DNA of 12,393 bases, from positions 1-12,393 of the forward strand of contig JASFYY010000046.1 of assembly GCA_045046875.1 (NCBI GenBank), written 5' to 3'. The notes beneath the pieces are model-generated. The model had not been told where the DNA came from. It saw only the letters and a list, made by a program, of their open reading frames with translations, and searched no databases. Source of the DNA: Verrucomicrobiota bacterium (lineage in GTDB: Bacteria > Verrucomicrobiota > Verrucomicrobiia > Verrucomicrobiales > DEV007). The translations under genes and the position numbers were made by a program. The number at the start of each line of letters is the position of its first letter. The first letter of the stretch is position 1. Of this stretch, positions 8,833 to 12,393 are shown piece by piece.

Positions 8833-9309
8833 ATGAATAAGGAACATCCACAAGACAATGCCCAGAGCCGCTTCACCGCGTTTTGGATGATTGTGATTTC
8901 ACTGCTGGTTTTTGTGGTGGTCATTTCATTCATCCTGTGTTTCAACTCTTCGAATGAAGATGCCGCAGCCAATGCGGGAGAAAATGAGAGGGCGGGACAA
9001 CGCCTGAAAAAGTTAACCGAAGTGAACGCAGCGCAGCAGGCCCTGATCACTCAAGTCGCAGTGGTCGATAAAGAGAATAATTTGGTTCGCATTCCGGTGA
9101 CGGCTGGAATGAAACTGATCCTGCCGGATTTGAGAAAACAAAAAGCCGCTGTTAGTAAAGTGGTGGTGCCAGGATCTCCTACCAGTTTGAAACAAGCCCA
9201 GGCGCAGGCCAAAGCTGCGGCAGCAGTAGCAGAGAAGAAAGCTCCTGCGAAAAACGAGGCGGCGGCGGATAAAGCCGCCCCGGTCAAAGCGGCGGCGGAT
9301 AAGAAATAA
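8833..9309 (+). CDS. ActG-like single-TM accessory subunit with an Ala/Lys-rich C-terminal tail
   Basis: One N-terminal TM helix, an amphipathic helix, then VVDKENNLVRIPVTAGMKLI, which resembles the VDxxxGxVRIPIxxAMxL motif of the small gene following actF in ACIII clusters. Assignment rests on position plus this short motif. Confidence 0.7.
   Translation: MNKEHPQDNAQSRFTAFWMIVISLLVFVVVISFILCFNSSNEDAAANAGENERAGQRLKKLTEVNAAQQALITQVAVVDKENNLVRIPVTAGMKLILPDLRKQKAAVSKVVVPGSPTSLKQAQAQAKAAAAVAEKKAPAKNEAAADKAAPVKAAADKK
9259..9302 (+). repeat. 14-bp direct repeat GCGGCGGCGGATAA x2 (AAADK peptide repeat)
   Basis: Copies at 9259-9272 and 9289-9302, 30 bp apart and in frame within the low-complexity tail. 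Confidence 0.85.
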
Positions 9310-9330
9310 AGATTTTTTGGATAACAGGGA

Positions 9331-10821
9331 ATGAGTGAAACCATGCAAGAGGCAAGCGTACAAGACATACAGGAAAGGGCGGCGATTGATAAATCCGCTC
9401 GACTCCCTGTGTTGTTTTTCTTCACATCGGCAGCCGGTTGGTTGTTTCTGGCGACCTTGTTGGGTTTTGCCAGTTCGGTGAAACTGGCCGCGCCCGAGTT
9501 GTGGGATGCCTGCCCTTGGTTGGCCTACGGACAGCTTTTCCCTGCCCACATGGATTCGTTGATTTACGGATGGGGCATGCAGGCGGGTTTTGGAGTGATG
9601 ATTTGGTTGATGGCTCGCCTGTGCCGGGTGGAGATCAAAAACGGGGTTACTTTGGTGGCTGCGGGTTTTGTCTGGAATCTGACGATTCTGTTTGGTGTGG
9701 TTGCGGTTTGGAGTGGTTACGGCAACTCAATGCCCTGGCTTGACTTCCCCGCTTATTTGTGGCCGGCGATGTTCCTTTCTTACGCGGTGATCGCTGGTTC
9801 ACTGCTGATGATGTTCCGTCGTCGTCGGGAAGGGGAGGCTTATATCTCGCAGAAGTATATCTTTGGTGCGGCTTTGTGGTTCCCTTGGATCTTTGCCGTG
9901 GCTAACTTGATTTTGAATCACACCGGTGGATCGGCATTGATGAATGCAGGGGTTAATGCCTGGTTCATGAACAACCTGATTTATTTCTGGTTTGTTCCCG
10001 TGGGTCTGGCTTCAGCTTATTATATCATCCCCAAGATTGTCGGTCGTCCGATCTACAGTTACCAGTTGGCGCAGATTGCTTTTTGGGCACTGGCCGTATT
10101 GGCAGGATGGACCGGGTTTAACCGTTTCCTCGGCGGGCCGTTCCCTTCGTGGATGCCCGCGATCAGTGGAGCCGCGATCATCTTGATGTTATTGCCGATC
10201 GGTGCAGTGGCGGTGAACCTCCTGGGAACCATTTCCGGTCGTGGAAGTTTGATGCACTTCAGTCCTTCACTGCGCTTCACCGTTTTTGGTGGCATCATGT
10301 TTAATCTGTATGGGTTGCTGGTTGCCTTTTCATCCTACTTTGACATCAGCCGTTTGTTGCAGTTTTCTTACGCGACGCTGGGGTATGACATCATGGTGGT
10401 TTACGGTTTTTTCTCGATGGTGGTTTTCGGAGCGATCTATTTCATCGTGCCGCGCATCACCGGATGTGAGTGGCCTTCGGCCAAACTGATCCGTTTCCAC
10501 TTTTGGTATAGCTCTTACGGCATCATCACCATCGTGGCCTTCATGGTATTTGCCGGACTGGCGCAGGGTGGAGCGATCGACGATTGGAGCGGAGACTTCA
10601 TGGACTCGGTTCGTCGTGGCAAAGGTTATATTGTGGCCTTGGCGGTTGCCTGGGCATTAATTTCCGTGGCTAATCTGGCCTTTTATTACCAGTTGTTGAT
10701 GATGGCATGTGGCAAAGGCCGGAAGTCAGAAGGTCCCACTTTGATTCACAAAAATCCCGGTGAAGCGGCGAGTGCTGAAGCGGCAGCCGGTTTTGCACCA
10801 GAAGATACTGCAAAAGCATGA
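9331..10821 (+). CDS. cbb3-type (C-family) oxidase subunit I homologue (CcoN/FixN-like) lacking CuB and heme b3 ligands; predicted non-catalytic
   Basis: About 12 TM segments and CcoN-like segments WLAYGQLFPAHMD, YISQKY, YYIIPKIVGRPIYSYQLA..FW, GAIYFIVPR and HFW. It overlaps a ccoO-like gene. Only 5 His in 496 aa (H73, H197, H309, H390, H473), and only H73 falls at a canonical ligand position. Confidence 0.88.
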   Translation: MSETMQEASVQDIQERAAIDKSARLPVLFFFTSAAGWLFLATLLGFASSVKLAAPELWDACPWLAYGQLFPAHMDSLIYGWGMQAGFGVMIWLMARLCRVEIKNGVTLVAAGFVWNLTILFGVVAVWSGYGNSMPWLDFPAYLWPAMFLSYAVIAGSLLMMFRRRREGEAYISQKYIFGAALWFPWIFAVANLILNHTGGSALMNAGVNAWFMNNLIYFWFVPVGLASAYYIIPKIVGRPIYSYQLAQIAFWALAVLAGWTGFNRFLGGPFPSWMPAISGAAIILMLLPIGAVAVNLLGTISGRGSLMHFSPSLRFTVFGGIMFNLYGLLVAFSSYFDISRLLQFSYATLGYDIMVVYGFFSMVVFGAIYFIVPRITGCEWPSAKLIRFHFWYSSYGIITIVAFMVFAGLAQGGAIDDWSGDFMDSVRRGKGYIVALAVAWALISVANLAFYYQLLMMACGKGRKSEGPTLIHKNPGEAASAEAAAGFAPEDTAKA

Positions 10822-11492
10822 AGAAAGAGTTTCCAGTTTTTATCCTTGGTTTGGCTGCGGCATTTATCGTGCCTTTGATCTTCTTGATCGTGGTGCCTTA
10901 CCTGCAGTTGAGTGACGCCAAACCGGAGAATTACTCCGAAGAAGATGATGTCGTGGCGGCCTGGGCTTACCCGGCTGTGTGGACAGGGGCGAATAAGGAG
11001 GGTGAGGAAGTTTATGCTTCCCAGGGTTGTGCTTATTGCCACACTCAAATGGTGCGTCCGACTTACGCCGGTGCTGATATGTGGCGCAAGGGCTGGGGAG
11101 GTAATGAAGAAGAGGGTTTGGCCCGTGAAACCCGTGCGGCGGATTATACCAATGATCGTCGTGCGATGCTCGGTTACATGCGCATCGGTCAGGATCTGGC
11201 TAATGTGGGAACCCGTAACAGGGATCGCGCCTGGTATCATCAGAAGCTCTACAATGCCCGCACCCAGAATGTGGATTCGAGCATGCCTTCCTATAAAAAT
11301 CTCTATCGCAAACAACAGATTGCCCAACCTTCGGAAAATGCGATCAAGCTGAAAGGGCGTTTTGCGGTGGAAGAAGGTTATGAGGTGGTGCCCACCGAAA
11401 AAGCAGAAGCTTTGGTGGACTACCTGTTATCGCGCAAAATGGATGCTCCGATTCCTGGGGCAGGGACAGATGAAGAAGTGGCCGCTAAGTGA
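10818..11492 (+). CDS. ccoO: cbb3-type oxidase subunit II-like monoheme cytochrome c (CcoO/FixO family)
   Basis: N-terminal TM helix, GEEVYASQGCAYCHTQMVRP, RIGQDLANVG (cf. RTGPDLARVG), WYHQKLYN, SSMPSY (distal Met) and ALVDYLLS. ATGA overlap with the upstream stop. Confidence 0.88.
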   Translation: MKKEFPVFILGLAAAFIVPLIFLIVVPYLQLSDAKPENYSEEDDVVAAWAYPAVWTGANKEGEEVYASQGCAYCHTQMVRPTYAGADMWRKGWGGNEEEGLARETRAADYTNDRRAMLGYMRIGQDLANVGTRNRDRAWYHQKLYNARTQNVDSSMPSYKNLYRKQQIAQPSENAIKLKGRFAVEEGYEVVPTEKAEALVDYLLSRKMDAPIPGAGTDEEVAAK

Positions 11493-12247
11493 TCATGGAC
11501 GATAAAAATTCTACAGAATCAAATTTGGATTATCAAGGGGGGCGTGCTGCCGTTCGCGATGGGCATGACTCTGTGCGTCGGGAAAAACCGGAACCGGTTG
11601 CCGGAGGCAGTAACAAGGTATTGATTTCCTGGGTGGCCGGAGCGGGCATCGTTTTGATGATGGCTGGTGGTTATTTCAATGGTTACAGCAATTCTTTTGA
11701 TAGCAGTGATTCATACATTTATCCTGGTTATGTGGCTGCGGCGCGACCTGTCGTTGAGGGGGTAGATGCAGATGCTGAGCAGAAACCTTGGATCGAGGTC
11801 TGGATGAAGGATGGCAAAAAAGTTTACACTAACTGTATCGCTTGTCATCAGGCGGCTGGAACGGGAACACCTGGATTATTCCCACCACTTAAAGGGTCGG
11901 AATGGGTGGATGGGGGAACCGAGCGTTTGGGCATGATCGTATTGAGCGGTATTTTGGGACCTTTGAATGTTTCTGGTTCGACCTACAATCAGCCGATGCC
12001 GGCATGGGGAGCTTTGAATGATGAAAAACTCGCTCAGGTGCTGACTTACATTCGGCGTGAATTTGGAGAATTGCCAGAAGGACAGAGTGGAGTGGTGACC
12101 AAGGAGATGATGAAAGCTGCGCGTGAAAAACACGTCAAACGCACCTCCCCTTGGACGGAGGCCGATTTGTTGGCGATCCCTGGGGATGCGGAATTGCCAG
12201 GCGTAGAAGTGGATTTGAATACCGGGCAACCCGTTGCTGGAGAATAA
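11489..12247 (+). CDS. Membrane-anchored monoheme class I cytochrome c
   Basis: One TM helix (VLISWVAGAGIVLMMAGGYF), GKKVYTNCIACHQAAGTG, FPPLKGSEWV, QPMPAW (distal Met) and LAQVLTYIR. The start is either GTG 11489 (GTGA overlap with the ccoO stop) or ATG 11495. Confidence 0.9.
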   Translation: MIMDDKNSTESNLDYQGGRAAVRDGHDSVRREKPEPVAGGSNKVLISWVAGAGIVLMMAGGYFNGYSNSFDSSDSYIYPGYVAAARPVVEGVDADAEQKPWIEVWMKDGKKVYTNCIACHQAAGTGTPGLFPPLKGSEWVDGGTERLGMIVLSGILGPLNVSGSTYNQPMPAWGALNDEKLAQVLTYIRREFGELPEGQSGVVTKEMMKAAREKHVKRTSPWTEADLLAIPGDAELPGVEVDLNTGQPVAGE

Positions 12248-12259
12248 CAAGAAAATCAT

Positions 12260-12288
12260 TTGTCACGGGATAAAAGATCACGTGACGA
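12260..12288 (+). other. Intergenic stem-loop without a U-tract
   Basis: GTCACG-G-GAT (12262-12271), loop AAAAG, ATC-A-CGTGAC (12277-12286): 9 pairs with one mismatch, extendable by G-U and A-U pairs. Confidence 0.5.
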
Positions 12289-12326
12289 GGAATATTTAAG
12301 CCTAGGCTTTGCAGAATAGAAAAATT

Positions 12327-12393
12327 ATGAGCGCGTCAACCACGACTCACGAGCAATCAGAGAGCAGCAGTGATCATCACGATCATCACGATC
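12327..12393 (+). CDS. 5' fragment of the next gene (MSASTTTHEQSESSSDHHDHHD...), probably heme-copper oxidase subunit I
   Basis: ATG at 12327 after an A-rich spacer, open to the window edge and not in the ORF track. His-rich N-termini are typical of A-type oxidase subunit I proteins in ACIII-linked clusters. With only 22 codons visible, the product is an inference. Confidence 0.5.
   Translation, partial: MSASTTTHEQSESSSDHHDHHD
12372..12393 (+). repeat. Tandem 9-bp repeat GATCATCAC (DHH), at least 2.4 copies, truncated by the window end
   Basis: GATCATCAC at 12372-12380 and 12381-12389, then GATC at 12390-12393. Confidence 0.85.

Noticed and set aside
9261..9318. GGCGGC/GCCGCC hairpin near the end of the actG-like gene as a terminator
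   Set aside because: It lies within coding sequence, arises from Ala codons, and the T-run is about 30 nt downstream rather than adjacent.
9331..10821. Pseudogene call for the CcoN-like gene
   Set aside because: No frameshift, stop or truncation. Hydrophobic pattern and structural motifs are preserved, and it is coupled to an intact ccoO.
9331..12247. Functional cbb3 oxidase or nitric oxide reductase
   Set aside because: Five of six ligand His are absent from the subunit I homologue, which is incompatible with either activity.
1..12393. Mobile elements, CRISPR arrays, rRNA/tRNA genes
   Set aside because: None seen. The window is nearly fully occupied by respiratory CDSs with short spacers.

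Overview
One co-directional (+ strand) respiratory gene cluster. It encodes a complete alternative complex III (ACIII, quinol:cytochrome c oxidoreductase): pentaheme actA, Tat/FeS actB, NrfD-type actC, actD, monoheme actE, actF and an actG-like small subunit. These are followed by a translationally coupled three-gene module (cbb3 CcoN-like, CcoO-like monoheme cytochrome c, membrane-anchored monoheme cytochrome c) and the His-rich first 22 codons of a further gene, probably subunit I of an A-type heme-copper oxidase. The gene order and protein style resemble Verrucomicrobiota (recalled, not tested). The main observation is that the intact, full-length CcoN-like protein has lost five of the six metal-ligand histidines and the cross-linked Tyr of heme-copper oxidases. 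It therefore looks like a catalytically dead 'pseudo-oxidase', possibly repurposed as a scaffold for cytochromes linking ACIII to the real oxidase. Also notable are a perfect TTGTGAA-N4-TTCACAA (Rex/CRP-type) palindrome over the likely promoter, a ~100-aa helical insertion in ActF, and an ActE without a lipobox Cys. All alignments were made by eye against remembered family motifs.
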